Positions 12,601-25,975 of a stretch of 64,000 bases of DNA are shown piece after piece (positions within the stretch are counted from its first letter, which is position 1; every line of letters begins with the position of its first letter). Source of the DNA: Eledone cirrhosa (taxonomy: Eukaryota); NCBI GenBank assembly GCA_964016885.1, contig OZ024744.1, positions 74,090,001 to 74,154,000 on the forward strand, read 5' to 3'. Made by a program: the position numbers and the translations under genes. The notes under the pieces were generated by a model, which was given only the letters and a program-made list of their open reading frames with translations, was not told where the DNA came from and made no database searches.

Positions 12601-13872
12601 TTAGGGATTATACGGCTCCTATGGGTGGCGTAACCCTTCTGCTATCAGGGGATTTTCGGCAAACGCTACCTGTCATACCCAAAGGGACAAGAGCTGATGA
12701 AGTGTGTGCCTGTTTTAAGTCGTCCATGTTGTGACTCCAGGTGAAGAGTTTGTAGCTGAGCACAGATATGCGTGCTCATTTGCATGGTGACAACATGTCT
12801 ACAACATTTGCTCACAACATTTTAGCACTTGGTGAGGGCAGGGTCCCTGCGGATAACAAGGGCGGCATAGCAATCGACTCCCTGTGCAACATTGTAAGCA
12901 GCCCTTCTGACCTTTGGGAAGTAGTTTTTACTAATGTCTCATGTAACTTTAAAACCTCGATTGGCTCAGCGAAAGATTCCTCCTTGGTCCGAAAAATACC
13001 ATGATTAATTTTATTAACGAGCGTCTGATTGAGAAGATTCGCGGTAAAGAGCACATCTTGAAATCTATCGACCGGACGTCAGACACCGACGATATCGTTA
13101 ATTATCCGGTTGAGTTATTAAATTCCCTTGAGCCCCCAGGGCTCCCACCTCACATTCTTAAGCTTAGGTTTGGCTGTCCCATTATGATAATAAGGAACTT
13201 GCGTCCACCAAAGCAGTGCAACGGTACTCGCATGGTCGTCAAGTCACTGACGCCACACTTGATTGTAACGGGGTGCGGGAGAGGGGAGAATGTTTTCATT
13301 CCAAGGATGAACCTTTTCCCCTCGGCGTCAGATATCCCGTTCGATTTCCGGCGATCCCAATTCCCGGTGAGACCATGTATTGCCATGTCCATTAACAAGT
13401 CACATTGGGGGGGGGGGCATTTGGGGGAGCAATGCCTCTCCCATGGCCAACTTTATGTTGCCTGTTCCCGCGTAGGAATCAGGAATGGACTTTTTGCTTA
13501 TACTCCTCAAGGGATGACACGCAATATCGTCTACAAAGAGGTGCTATAGATGCTGGTGCGTGTGTTGGAGGTGTTGGAGCTATGCCGTCTGGAAAACTAT
13601 TTCCTGGTAGGGTCCCCCATGGCGGACAGATCTGACACCCAGCAGTATCAGGGCCACCATCTTGCAACTTTGGTCTACTAAATTCGCTATTGGAAGATTA
13701 TTAACCCATTATTGATTGTCGAAAATGCTAATTGGTTCGTAACATTTAATAACCGGTTCAACTGCTTTATGCACTTAATTGATAAGCTTATTCTCTTTCA
13801 AGCCATATTTACCTGTATGTAACTTTTCATAGCAAATGAACAAACCCGAGCAACGCCGGGCTAAACTGCTAG
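9665..13872 (+). mobile_element. Decayed Helitron 2 (Rep + PIF1 helicase) with a canonical 3' end
   Basis: HUH motif VEWQKRGLPHAHILIW; SIKYTCKYVNKG; DAAGGTGKTF; HGQLYVACSRV. Hairpin CCCGAGCAACGCCGGG (13845-13860) followed by CTAG (13869-13872). The 5' boundary is approximate. Confidence 0.92.
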
Positions 13873-14337
13873 TATATATATATATATATTCACACACACA
13901 TATGCAAAGAAACCTACACATAAAATATGTATCTTAGCATCGTGTAATGTGTTGCTCTCGCTTTTTGTTTTGCCGTATTCAGTTTTCACATACATACACA
14001 TACGTACACACACACATACACGCACGTGTATATATATAAGTATGTGTTTGCGCGATCCTGTATATGTTTATGTTGCGTAACCTGCTGGATTAACAAAAAT
14101 GTGATCAACCTGGCAAATTGGAAAAAATAAGTACTGGCGTCAATATCATCAACTAAATTAAGAATATAAACGATATATATAAATGAAAATTAATGCAGTA
14201 ATAACCTGTAGCCACCTGATGACGATAGCAATTTCTACCACTAAAACACCAGCGATTCAGTTCGGAAGATGGCTGTTGAAACAGCAAGAACTCAGCCACC
14301 GGGTCACGACTATTTTATATTATATATATATATAAAT

Positions 14338-14388
14338 GGCTGCTACAGGACTAGAACTGTTTAATTAAGGAGAACTCATCAGGAAGCC
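14338..14388 (-). ncRNA. Degenerate type I hammerhead (family of 5146/29817)
   Basis: Minus strand: ggcttc CTGATGA gttctccttaat TAAAC ag-ttctagtc-ct GTA gcagcc. GAAA is mutated to TAAA. Confidence 0.55.
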
Positions 14389-14510
14389 GACTGCCCAAGT
14401 AATATGGTGGTATTTATACCTTTTCTGGTGGTAGGAAAGTGTGGTGATTGGGATGGGTGGAAGTCATTGGTTGATGGATTTAAAGAAAAACTATATTTAG
14501 AGAACAAAGG

Positions 14511-14575
<65 letters not shown>

Positions 14576-15205
14576 CAATACATAAACAGAGAAAGCCTTA
14601 AGCGATACTCTGACCAACTCCATCTCACTCAACAAACATTAGGATATACCTATGTATTTTCCTAATTTAGCGTTTGGCGTGCTAACTAATCAGTATTTCG
14701 TGGATAGCTGGTTGTATTATTTTATATGAGACATTATTAAATAAATATCTCTTTCCTTCCAGACGGCGTTTGGTTATAAGATTTCTACAATTTGGGATAA
14801 ATAATTTCCAGGTTATGTAGAAACTTGTAGTTTTATACACAAGCGGGCACTTATAAACTCATCAGTGGATGCCCAAATAATATCGATATAAGAATTATAT
14901 CGACATTAATAGATTAGTGATGAAATCCCTCAGCGCTAAGAAGAGACTGGTAGATTAGAAAATCCAGCAGTCCTCCCAAAGATAAAATATACGCTGTCCC
15001 CAAGAAGGTAAGGGGAGGTCATCTTAAAATAAAACAAAATACACGCTGGTCATTTAAACATGTTAGGTATTAACCACGTGTATAAGAACTCAATTGGATA
15101 TTTTAAAGAATAACTATATGTATACACAACAATGCACACAATGCACACATAGAGATGTTAAAACATAATAAATACATGTATGGATCACCCATATACACAA
15201 ACACG

Positions 15206-15242
<37 letters not shown>

Positions 15243-15594
15243 TAAATAACAGCAGTTACATGTAGATTTTGACGATTTATCGCTCTACAAAACATATGGG
15301 TTTATAGTTTGTTTCACAACATCCAGTACAGTATTGGTATTGTTCACTGCGGCATTTCTATATCAGTTGGTGTATTGGTTTGGATAGAAAATGTTAAGAT
15401 ATCAATGATAGATTTTATCTTTTCTCTGTTCCTTTGGCGGAAAGCTTGTTTATTAGTCGGATTTAAAGGAATTTAGTTTTCAGATGTGGTGTATGTGGAT
15501 TTATTTCCATGTGTATTTGAGTGTGTTTATTAGTGATTTAGTGTATCAATGTATGTTTGAGTAGGTGTATATTAGTGTATGTTTGCTTATGTGT

Positions 15595-15675
<81 letters not shown>

Positions 15676-15824
15676 TGTGTGTGTGTGTGTGCAAACATAG
15701 GTGATGTGGTTGGAAGATTTAAATAGTCATTATATTTATTTGTAAGGTGTGGTTTGTATTGGTATTACAAGGAGTGGTGAATAAGGAATTGCTTTAATAC
15801 ACGCCTTATCTTCTATCTATCACC

Positions 15825-17000
15825 ATGACAACAGGGAGTAGTGACCGAGAAAAATCACACGAAAACAAAAGTATGGAAATACAAACGGCACAAAAAAATA
15901 TTGAACAAGAAAAAAACACAACTTCACAAATGAAGCCCACAAACAAAAATCAAGCAATTGAGAACAACAAAAACACCAACGACAACAATGACAACAATGA
16001 CAACAACAACAACAACAACAACAACAGCAACCATAAACAATCTTTTGCCACAATAAGCAAAGGAAGTTTTACAAATATCGATATTTCCAATGCGAAGGAA
16101 ATGATCAATGATGGAAAAAAATATATTACCTTCGAGGAAAAAGGGGGTTTTAAAATCACCTCTCCGCCGCAAATCAAAGCCGATGCTATGCGAAGGACTG
16201 ATTTTTCACACGATTTCGAACACACAAGAAAAAAAGAACGGCTTTCCTTACTCGAGGCGAAATTGAAATCGTCTTGCAAGAGGCAATGCCACACATACAC
16301 TTCGTACAAAGGGCTAAACTATATGGAAGCATTTCGGTGCTCTTCAAAAGTGAGGTCCTTGCAAAAAAGTACTCAGTGACGCCGGTCTCCTCTGCCACAC
16401 ATACCTTTTTCCCTACATACATGGGAAAAAGAACACAACAAATAAACATTTCAAACATACCACCCAACATTAACATCTGGTGTATTCTGGCAGGGTTCTT
16501 GGAGGAGGATGAAGACACAATACTGTCGATTCAAAAATCCACAAGAAACACCTGGAACGGCACAAGCTTGGAAATTTTGGTCCAAATGAAACCAGACAGA
16601 ATTTCCAAGATACCAGAAAGAGTGCCAGTAGAAAATACAAACTATATACATATTTCGGCTGAAGGCAGGAGGTCACAATGTTTTAAACGCGCAAGCACAT
16701 CGCAGCATTTAAAGGCCTCCTATCCCCTCTTACGCCCCCCCCCCCCCAAGTACTTTTACCAACACCAACACCAAAACCACAACAACAACACACAAAACAA
16801 GCAAACACACAAAGACAAACAACTGCTCAACCACAAACAACAGAAAAAACACAAAAAATTCCCCTGAAAAACACCATCCCACCCCATCCCACTCCATCCA
16901 ACACTACCACACAACATACCCCTCCCACACGCCCCTGATTACGATTCACCGTCAGACGAGGCTACTTCTCCATCCCCAAGTGAAGATGAAGGAGAGCGTT
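15825..17000 (+). mobile_element. Tx1-clade ORF1 remnant, homologous to 35076..36284
   Basis: YITFEEKGGFKITSP, LYGSISVL, FFPTYMGKRTQ and EGRR all match the ORF1 at 35076. Frameshifted. Confidence 0.8.
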
Positions 17001-17406
17001 GGAAATAAAAAAAGAGACACCACAAAGCCACAAAAACACCAATCACCAACACAAAAAAACAAAACAAAAACCACAACAATCACCCCCACCCCTATACCGT
17101 TTTCTAACATAGATAAAAGACTCTCTCACTGGAATTTACACAACATAAACTAGGTAGATATGTATGTATGTCTGCATGCATGTGTGTGCAGGTATGGATG
17201 TTATTGTATGTGTGGAGGTGTATGTATTGGGTTATAAGTGTGCATGTGTATATACTTTGTATATGTCAAGTGTATATGCAGTTATTCGATGCAGAATTTT
17301 TGGAATGTTTTACATATTTTTACTGTTCCATTAATGGATTGTACTTGTAATTTCCTTTCGTGTATATTTTTTTCCTGGTGAAAAGGTTGTAAAGGAAAAG
17401 AAATTG

Positions 17407-18025
17407 TCATCCCTTGAATCGCAAGAATGTTTTGTAAAATTTGAAGATGCCAGCTATCGCAGCCATTTGTATTCTATAAATTAGGGAGCAGCGCTCTTTG
17501 TCCATAAATGCAAGTTCAGTTATACTTTGGTCCAAGCGGGTTGGTATATAACTTGTAGCTCCAATAATGATGGGTATGAAACTGAAGGTGTATGTTGGAT
17601 ATTGGATCTGTAAACTCCTCATCAATGGTCCTTAGATGTCCTCCTTCTCTTGTATTTTGCTTACACCATTGACATCAAGTGGCAGCTGATCCCTACAACA
17701 GAACACGTTTTCAATGTGTGGTCCCGAACAACAATATCAGACCGGTTATGCTTTAATCTCGTGGCCGTTTTTATTTTTAGGTTCCGCCAGTATTTTTTAG
17801 TGCTATCTATCTTAACATATTCCTCATCATTTGTTTTTTATTTTGTTTTCCTAAGTGCGTTCCAGATGGTTCTAGCTATCACATCGTGTCTCATAGGGAG
17901 GTAGTAGTGAGACGACATTCTTTCGCAGTTGGCAACAATGTGACTTACACCTTCGATCTTTGTTTTACAAAGCCTACATTTATTGTCAACTGATGGCCCT
18001 CCTCTTTTGTGTAGAGGATATTTGG
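17407..18025 (-). mobile_element. R4/Dong-like retrotransposon 3' fragment (CCHC finger + restriction-like endonuclease)
   Basis: CRLCKTKIEGVSHIVANC...RHDVIA; FIPIIIGA. Confidence 0.75.
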
Positions 18026-18462
18026 TATGTATGTATGTATGTATGTATGTATGTATGTATGTATGTATGTATGTATGTATGTATGTATGTATGTATGTAT
18101 GTATGTATGTCTTGCACTCGACCAATCCCACTCTCTGTGCATCGAAAAAACTACCCGAAAAGGAAAACTGGTCAACATCATCGGATGCTTCCGAAGCCAC
18201 ATTTTTTTTTTGAGATTCCCTCTCCTAGAAAGGTGTTGTGACAGCAACTGGGGGCCTTTCACTCCCAGGTAAAAAAAAAACACTTTTATTTGGATGGCCG
18301 TTTCCCCACTTAAGAAAAACATTCAAATCACAGACATTGCTTGTTCAGGATATGTTACAGGTTCGTGTGGCTGACCGTGGCCTAAATTAACACCAAACTC
18401 TATAATCCTCCAAGTAATTACAGTACTCTTAGCATAGTTTGCGGCCATTATGTATGTATGGT

Positions 18463-18650
18463 CGGTGGATTGGCAGTATCGGTAGAGGGTCGGACGCCAT
18501 GCTTTGACGTATAGAGTTACGGCCCTTGCCATTCTGAGTTCAAATCCCGCCGAGTTTAACTTTGGCTTTCATCCTTACATGATCGATAAAATAAAGTCCC
18601 AGTAATGCATTGGGTAATTGCTGGCCTTGTGACAAAAGTAGAAACAATTA
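18463..18650 (+). mobile_element. tRNA-derived SINE, full length
   Basis: A-box TGGCAGTATCGG, B-box GAGTTCAAATC, shared core and tail. Confidence 0.88.
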
Positions 18651-18699
18651 TGTATGTATGCATGTTTGTATGTGCGTATGTGTGTATGTATGTCTATAT

Positions 18700-19300
18700 G
18701 TTGGTGCTACTGGTAACATGTATTCCAGTACAACCTGTCTCATGCTCGGGTCATTGGCGACTAAACTGGCAACCCCAGCAAGGTTTCTTGGTGAGGAGGG
18801 TGACTTTGGACATCCTGCAGGACTAAAAACAAAACCTGTCAAAGGGCAAAGGAGCTCTTAAGAGTCAATGGCCATCCAAAATCACCGGGAGAGATGACCC
18901 CTTAGCCTTTGTCAAGGCAGAATTCTAGGAGAAGGAAAACTCTGATATAACACCTGCAACTCTGATGGTATCCAATGATGTTGACTTGTTTTTCTTTTTG
19001 GTAAATATCATCTTGGTTAAGAGAGTGGGACTGGCTTTGTGCAGTGCCTTTGCTCACTATAAAAGCTTCACGGCACAGGCATTGCTTTATATCTGGAGAT
19101 CTTTCTGCACTTGTCGTCACATGGTACCATGGGGCCAGCACTATGTGCCAATAATTGTCACAAATGTAGTGTTTGTGCCAGAGTTTTCAAGTCGCTGACT
19201 GGACTAAAAAGTCACACTCGTTCAGCGCATCGGTAGGAGTTCTCCTACATGGATATAAAGTAGTGGCCGTACTCGAAAACGAGTTGGCAGACACCATGTC
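18700..19300 (+). mobile_element. Probable internally deleted, non-autonomous RTE derivative (5' leader + C2H2-like 3' end); a diverged inverted partial relative lies at 18110-18270
   Basis: The 3' part encodes CSVCARVFKSLTGLKSHTR, typical of RTE ORF ends. The 5' part has an HDV-like pseudoknot candidate. 18110-18270 resembles the reverse complement of 18880-19045. Confidence 0.55.
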
Positions 19301-19359
19301 TATATGTATGTCATACATACCAGAATTTGGGGACAGAGGAAAGTCGATTAAATCAACAC

Positions 19360-19748
19360 ATTACTAACACTTTATTTTATCGACCCAGTTAGGATGAAAG
19401 GCAAAGTTAACCTTGGCGGAATTTGAACTCAGACCGTAAAGGGCTATAACTCTATGCTGCAAGGCATTGTGTCCGATGCTCTTCCGATACTGCCAATCCA
19501 CCGCCCTTATCAAACTTTAATACTGAAATCAACGTAGCGAAACGTTGTTGGTAAATAAATAAATAATAATTGTTTCTACTTTTGGCACAAGGCAAGCAAT
19601 TATACCAGTGTACTTTATTTTATCGACTCGGAAAGGATGAAAGGCAAAGTTAACCTTGGCGGGATTTGAACTCAGTCCATAAAGGGGCGTAACTCTTTGT
19701 TGCAAAGCATGGCTTCCGACCCCCTACCGATACTACCAAACCAGCGCC
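19360..19748 (-). mobile_element. Two adjacent tRNA-derived SINE copies (19360-19505, 19566-19748)
   Basis: Reverse complements of the A-box, B-box and shared core. Confidence 0.85.
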
Positions 19749-19888
19749 CCTAAATAAATAAATAATAGAAAGAATAAAGAAAATATATAATTTCTGAACC
19801 CTGTTTAGAGAAACGAGGACACATTTAAATTGGATAATTGTTGTTAATTATAAGTGAAATACTTAAGCTTAATAACGGATCACTCTGC

Positions 19889-20548
<660 letters not shown>

Positions 20549-20552
20549 TATA

Positions 20553-20886
20553 AATTAGCGAGAATCGTATCTCGGCTATTGGAAATTAGCGAAAAACAAC
20601 TTCCGAGATGTGTGGCAAGCGCTCAATAGATTCTAACGAACCAGAGCTACAACATACGTTAAAAGGCCAAACACACTGAGACGATGGTTAAACCATTATC
20701 CGCACAACCATAGAAACGACCAAGTAATTTGGGTCAAACAGATTTTAAAAAATATGATTTAAAATTTTACCCGGACCCCTGGATGGTTGGTGAAAATCCA
20801 GCATTTGGGTTTCTGTGACTACTAAATCAAGTACTGTCCGCTTAGACAAACAATGTTAAGCTTTTGGTAAGATGATTGAACAAGGA
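20553..20886 (+). repeat. Unclassified (TA)n-flanked dispersed repeat; diverged inverted copy at ~24310-24612
   Basis: Shared AGCGAGAATCG, ACCAGAGCTA, GGACCC, TAAATCAA..TACTGTC.GCTTA and TAAGCTTTTGGTA..ATGAT.GAACAAGG. Confidence 0.65.
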
Positions 20887-20889
20887 GGC

Positions 20890-20939
<50 letters not shown>

Positions 20940-20947
<8 letters not shown>

Positions 20948-21335
20948 ATTAAGTCAAATATGTAAAATTTTCGCTTCGTTTATTATAAATTATAGATATA
21001 CTGCTATATATATTTCGGAGACAGCCATCATTGGCTGTGACTTCTTCAGGTAGTCCGAATTGGTGTGGGAAAGACAGGTACACATGTTGTTGAAGTGTGT
21101 TTTACTCCGTCAATACATCGATATGTCCAGCTCCTGGTTGTGTTGTTATTTCCCTGAGGAACTGGAACCATAAAACACTTCAACAACATGTGTACCTATC
21201 TTTCCCACACCAATTCGGACTGCCTGAAGAGGTCGCAGCCAATGATGGCTGTCACCGAATTATATATATAGCAGTATATCTATAATTTATAATAAACGAA
21301 GTCAATTTTTACATATTTGACTTAATTATTTTACA
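20940..21335. repeat. Fold-back element: ~160-bp inverted arms, each with a type I hammerhead (21000-21054 minus; 21219-21275 plus)
   Basis: Plus: actgc CTGAAGA ggt-cg-cagcca-atga-tggctg-tc-acc GAAT tatatatATA gcagt. The minus copy retains GAAA. AATAAA lies downstream of each. Confidence 0.8.
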
Positions 21336-21423
21336 TTCATCCGGAGTAAACAAACCAACCTGCGTAATTCGTCGAGTGCTCCAATCTGCATAATGAGGTG
21401 TCGGTAAACAACCAACATATACT

Positions 21424-21473
<50 letters not shown>

Positions 21474-21476
21474 CCC

Positions 21477-21614
<138 letters not shown>

Positions 21615-21719
21615 AACAATCAGTGTATATCGGCGTTGCACGGGTAATCGTCAACCATACACAATTAGATATAAAATTAAAGTTAGAAGAAAAAATGTAT
21701 ATACACATACCAGGATTAC

Positions 21720-21801
21720 GTTTCTACCCTTTAGGGTTTCGATCGCTTTCGGGAATATCCTGTCAAGGATAAATTCTCGAGCTTCGAACTCATCAGGAAA
21801 C
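21720..21801 (-). ncRNA. Type I hammerhead ribozyme with an extended stem II
   Basis: Minus strand: gtttc CTGATGA [gttcg..tcgagaat-ttatcct-tgac-aggata-ttcccga..cgatc] GAAAC cc-taaa-gg GTA gaaac. Canonical core with perfect stems I and III. Confidence 0.82.
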
Positions 21802-22073
21802 AAACTCACTAGGACGAAGATATTTCTTAAATGATCCCCGCCATATGACGGTATATTTAATCGATTTCCACGTGCTATTGAAATGGTGGGTAAATATTCT
21901 ATAGCTGGTGATCGCGAATAGATGGCTATCGTTTATTTATCTTTTATTTCTTCATAGGTGCCTTTTAATCTTATAGCCTGGTTTAATTGTTTTTTTTGTG
22001 TGGTTGATTATGGTAATTGGGAGAGGAAATGGAGTATATATCTTTTCAAATGATTCTATGGACATAATTTATA

Positions 22074-22119
<46 letters not shown>

Positions 22120-22291
22120 ACACAGATACATACATATATATATATATATATGTGTGTGTATATATGCATATATATGTGTATGCATATATATATATGTGTG
22201 TGCGTGTGTATATATAATCATATATTTTTTGTGTATATTTATATATATGTATATGTGTATATATATATGTGTGTGTGTGTGTATATGTGTT

Positions 22292-22362
<71 letters not shown>

Positions 22363-22364
<2 letters not shown>

Positions 22365-23459
22365 AGCTGTGGCACGCCGCCCAGGCCTTGCTCTTCCTCT
22401 CAACCACATCATCTTCCGTATTCCCAATCTTTGCTCCCAAATACAGGAAGTCCTCAACCAATTCCAGCGGCTTCCCGCCTACATTAGTGATCCCCTCTGG
22501 CTTCTCAACATTCTCTACCAGATATTTTGTTTTAGTCTCATTCATTCTCAGCCCCACACTCATCGACACAGTCTCAACCTCCCGCATCAAATCCTTTGCC
22601 TCCTTCACTGTATTTGTCACCAAAACTATGTCGTCGGCAAATTCAGCATCCGATACCTTTTTCGCCCTAACTCTCCTGCTCTGAGCCGGTGCTACAGTAA
22701 AGCCAGAGTCCTGGTGTTACTCCAGTGCAAGGCGCATACACAATAGTCCACTACGATGATAAAAAGGTAGGGAGCCAATGTATCTCCCTGGAGCACTCCA
22801 GCCAGTATCTCAAAGAGCTCTGTCATCCCATCAGGTATAATGACTTGGGCTTTGGTGTTGGTGTAGAGCAGTGATATCAGGTCCACTATCTTCTTGGGGA
22901 TTCCATAAGCCGGTAAGATCTTCATCAGGCAGTAACGGTCCACAGAATCAAAGGCCTTCCTAAAGTCAATGAAAACCATGACCGCAGGTGTGGAAGTCGG
23001 ACCTTCGTAGAGACCTGAAAATCCACCTCTTCATTGCTGTAGTGGAGTCTGTGCTGCTGTATGGGTCTGAGACTTGGACACTGACCAAGAAACTCACTCA
23101 GATGCTGGATGGGTGTAACACGAGAATGCTGAGGATGGCTCTTAACATTAATCAGTATACACTGAGGATGAAAAACTCAGAGCTGTATTGGAGCCTCCCA
23201 AACGTCAGCTCAAAAGTGACACAGAGGAGACTGAGGTTAGCTGGACATGCTCACCGACATCCAGAGTTGACATTACACTCAGTACTCCTTTGGGAGCCCC
23301 TACATGGACACACTAGAAGAGGAAGACCAAGGTTAACGTATGTTGATGCCCTAAGGATAGACACTGGTCTATTGGAGATGCAGGACATGGCAGCGATAAT
23401 GAGGGACATAGACGGCTAGAGAGAACTCGTCCATGGATCTCGGGAATTTTACCCGCCTT

Positions 23460-23461
<2 letters not shown>
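22363..23461. mobile_element. 5'-truncated RTE-clade element with 5' inversion (RT on the minus strand 22363-22987; C-terminus on the plus strand 22988-23461)
   Basis: Minus: [42 protein letters not shown]. Plus: WKSDL..VESVLLYGSETW..RRLRLAGH..RRGRP. Confidence 0.88.
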
Positions 23462-23528
<67 letters not shown>

Positions 23529-23593
23529 TGTATATATATATATGTGTTTATATGTGTATATGTGTATATATATATATATATGTATATATAAGT

Positions 23594-23655
<62 letters not shown>

Positions 23656-23749
23656 TGTGTGTGTGCGTGTGTGCGTGTGTGTGAATGTAGCGAAGATAAT
23701 ACGTGAGCAATGACGTCATCGTCAAAATGTCGTAATGTAAACAGTCAGG

Positions 23750-23976
23750 CAATCAGACAGATATTATAAGGGCTCGATGGAGATCGATAACCGGAGCCTA
23801 ACACCCCTTTAACAACAGAAAATTGAAAAATAAAAGCTGCAATTAATATCTTTAGACCACAAGGATTATATAAATGCAAGTTTGAAGTCAATCGGAGTAG
23901 AAATGTGACTTGTATAGACTTTTCAAAAATGAGGGGACACACACACAGACAACTACAGTTTTATATATATGTATAG
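23750..23976 (-). mobile_element. Probable non-autonomous Helitron 5' end
   Basis: The minus strand begins TCTATACATATATATAAAA, then a GTGT tract and CCGATTGACTTCAAACTT, the layout typical of metazoan HelitronN ends. Confidence 0.5.
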
Positions 23977-24070
23977 ATATATACAAAGTCATAAGGACAA
24001 CGATGTGGCTCCATGAGTGAAGGAATTAAATAAATGATTATCAATAAGAAGAAAAGATATGATGAATTTT

Positions 24071-24173
<103 letters not shown>

Positions 24174-24795
24174 CTCTCTCTCCCTCTCTATGTATATATA
24201 TATATATATATATAAATGTTTTTTCCCCTTGTGTGTGACACATGTGCTTTTACTAAGCCCTACGTCATTCACAAAGTTGGCGCAGAGCAAAATACCTGTT
24301 GATAACGTGATAATCCTTGTTCGATCATTATACCAAAAGCTTATAGTTTTAAGCAGACAGTATTATTGATTTAGGTGTCATAGAAAACCTGCATTTGGAT
24401 TTTACCATTTCCAATGGGTCCAGGTCGGTTATATAATTTATTTTGTTTGACGTGTTTAGCTTGACTTGTTTTTTGGCTTAGGTGGTTAATGTCTTCTTGA
24501 TCCCTTTTTCAGTTTGTATGGCGTTTTAACATATATGTTTAGCTCTGGTTTTTAACTATGGAGCATTGCCAGGATAACTCTAATTTTGCGTTTAAAATGC
24601 GATTCTCGCTGAATATATATATATATATATATCAATTGCGGTGCCCCAGCTTGGCCCTACGACTGGAACACGTAATAGAGTAAGAGAATAATATAAACAA
24701 ACAACAATATGAACATTAGCATTCATAACAAAATTAATAAAGACCAACATACATACATGCACACACGCGCGCGCACGCAAACACACTCACGCACA

Positions 24796-24835
<40 letters not shown>

Positions 24836-25654
24836 CACACAGACGCACACAAACACCCACCCACACACACACACAGGCGTACAAACACACGTAACTAGAA
24901 AAAATAAATTATTCTTTTTTAAAATATATATTCGTTCTTTGCTTTTGTCTGTAAAGAAATATTTTATATATGTTCATAATTTTTTTTTTGTCTTTTTCAA
25001 GGACGACATTTGTTGAAAATGTTACGGTGTTTCTTCTTAAACTGACCGAGATCCAAGATAACTGATTGTTTCTCTTTCTACTTTTCAATCCTTGGGGCAA
25101 TATTTATATATTTCAGATACATAATTCTTTATTCTGGTGATGCACATAAATCTGGACATGAAAACATTCAAGTAAGAAAATTGGACTGGCCTGAGGCCGG
25201 AGATACTAAACCAAATAAAACCAGATATCCTAGAAAAATAGCAGATTCAATAGAATTATAAATGTATCACAATCACATGTCCGGGTGGAGGTGGAAGACA
25301 GATAACCCAATTATCACTTATGTCGTATCACCGTCCATCTGACTCCCTTCTGCGCCCAACAGTAGAGAAGGTCCACGCTGCAGTCAAAACCATGACCATA
25401 ACAGCAGCAGCAACAGCAGCAGTAAAATGGCGTGTAACAGCAGCAGCAGCAGTTAAATAGCGTGTAACAACAACAGCAGCAATAATAGTTCCTCACAAAA
25501 TCTACAATGATACCTCAACATCAGCAACGGTAAAAACAGAAGACTCAGTAGTAGCAACATATAGCGAAAGATATTCACTCGAAGCAACATACGACCGACT
25601 ACAAAAATTTAACAGCCCTTTTTTGCATCACCAAACGAAACACAAACCCCTCGT

Positions 25655-25975
25655 CTGGGATGCCGCTTGCACTGACACTTTCTGCAGCCGCAACCTGGTT
25701 CAGTCTGCAACTAACCCAGGCTCTGCTGCACGTCGGGCTGAGGAGGCCAAACTCCTCAAATACTGATCGCACTCCGACAGGTTTGCGGTTGTATCCTTGG
25801 CAGTGGAGACTTCTGGTGTCCTCGGCCCTAGGGCTACCTCCCTACTCACCACCATAGGCGCTGAGCTGGCCAGCCGCAGGTGTGAGCCCCGCGAGTTGGA
25901 GTGGCTTTTCCAGCGCGTCTCCCTTGGCGTCCTCCGGGGAAACGTCTTCTCCATTCTGTCCGCCGGGGTGTGGGG
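25655..25975 (+). mobile_element. CRE-like retrotransposon restriction-like endonuclease remnant
   Basis: WDA.CTDT..AARRAEEAKLLKY..LAVETSGVLGP..WLFQRVSLGVLRGN. Confidence 0.7.

Noticed and set aside
14815-14872. Minus-strand CTGATGA followed by a GTTTATA/TATAAAAC stem
   Set aside because: No GAAA or stem III; too degenerate to call.
20670-20730. CTGAGACGA tggtt..aacca ta GAAAC..GTA in the 20553 repeat family
   Set aside because: The core has an insertion, stem I is absent and the second copy (24310-24612) does not support it.
25130-25175. CTGGTGA..GAAAACATTC hammerhead-like trace
   Set aside because: Core mismatch and weak stems.
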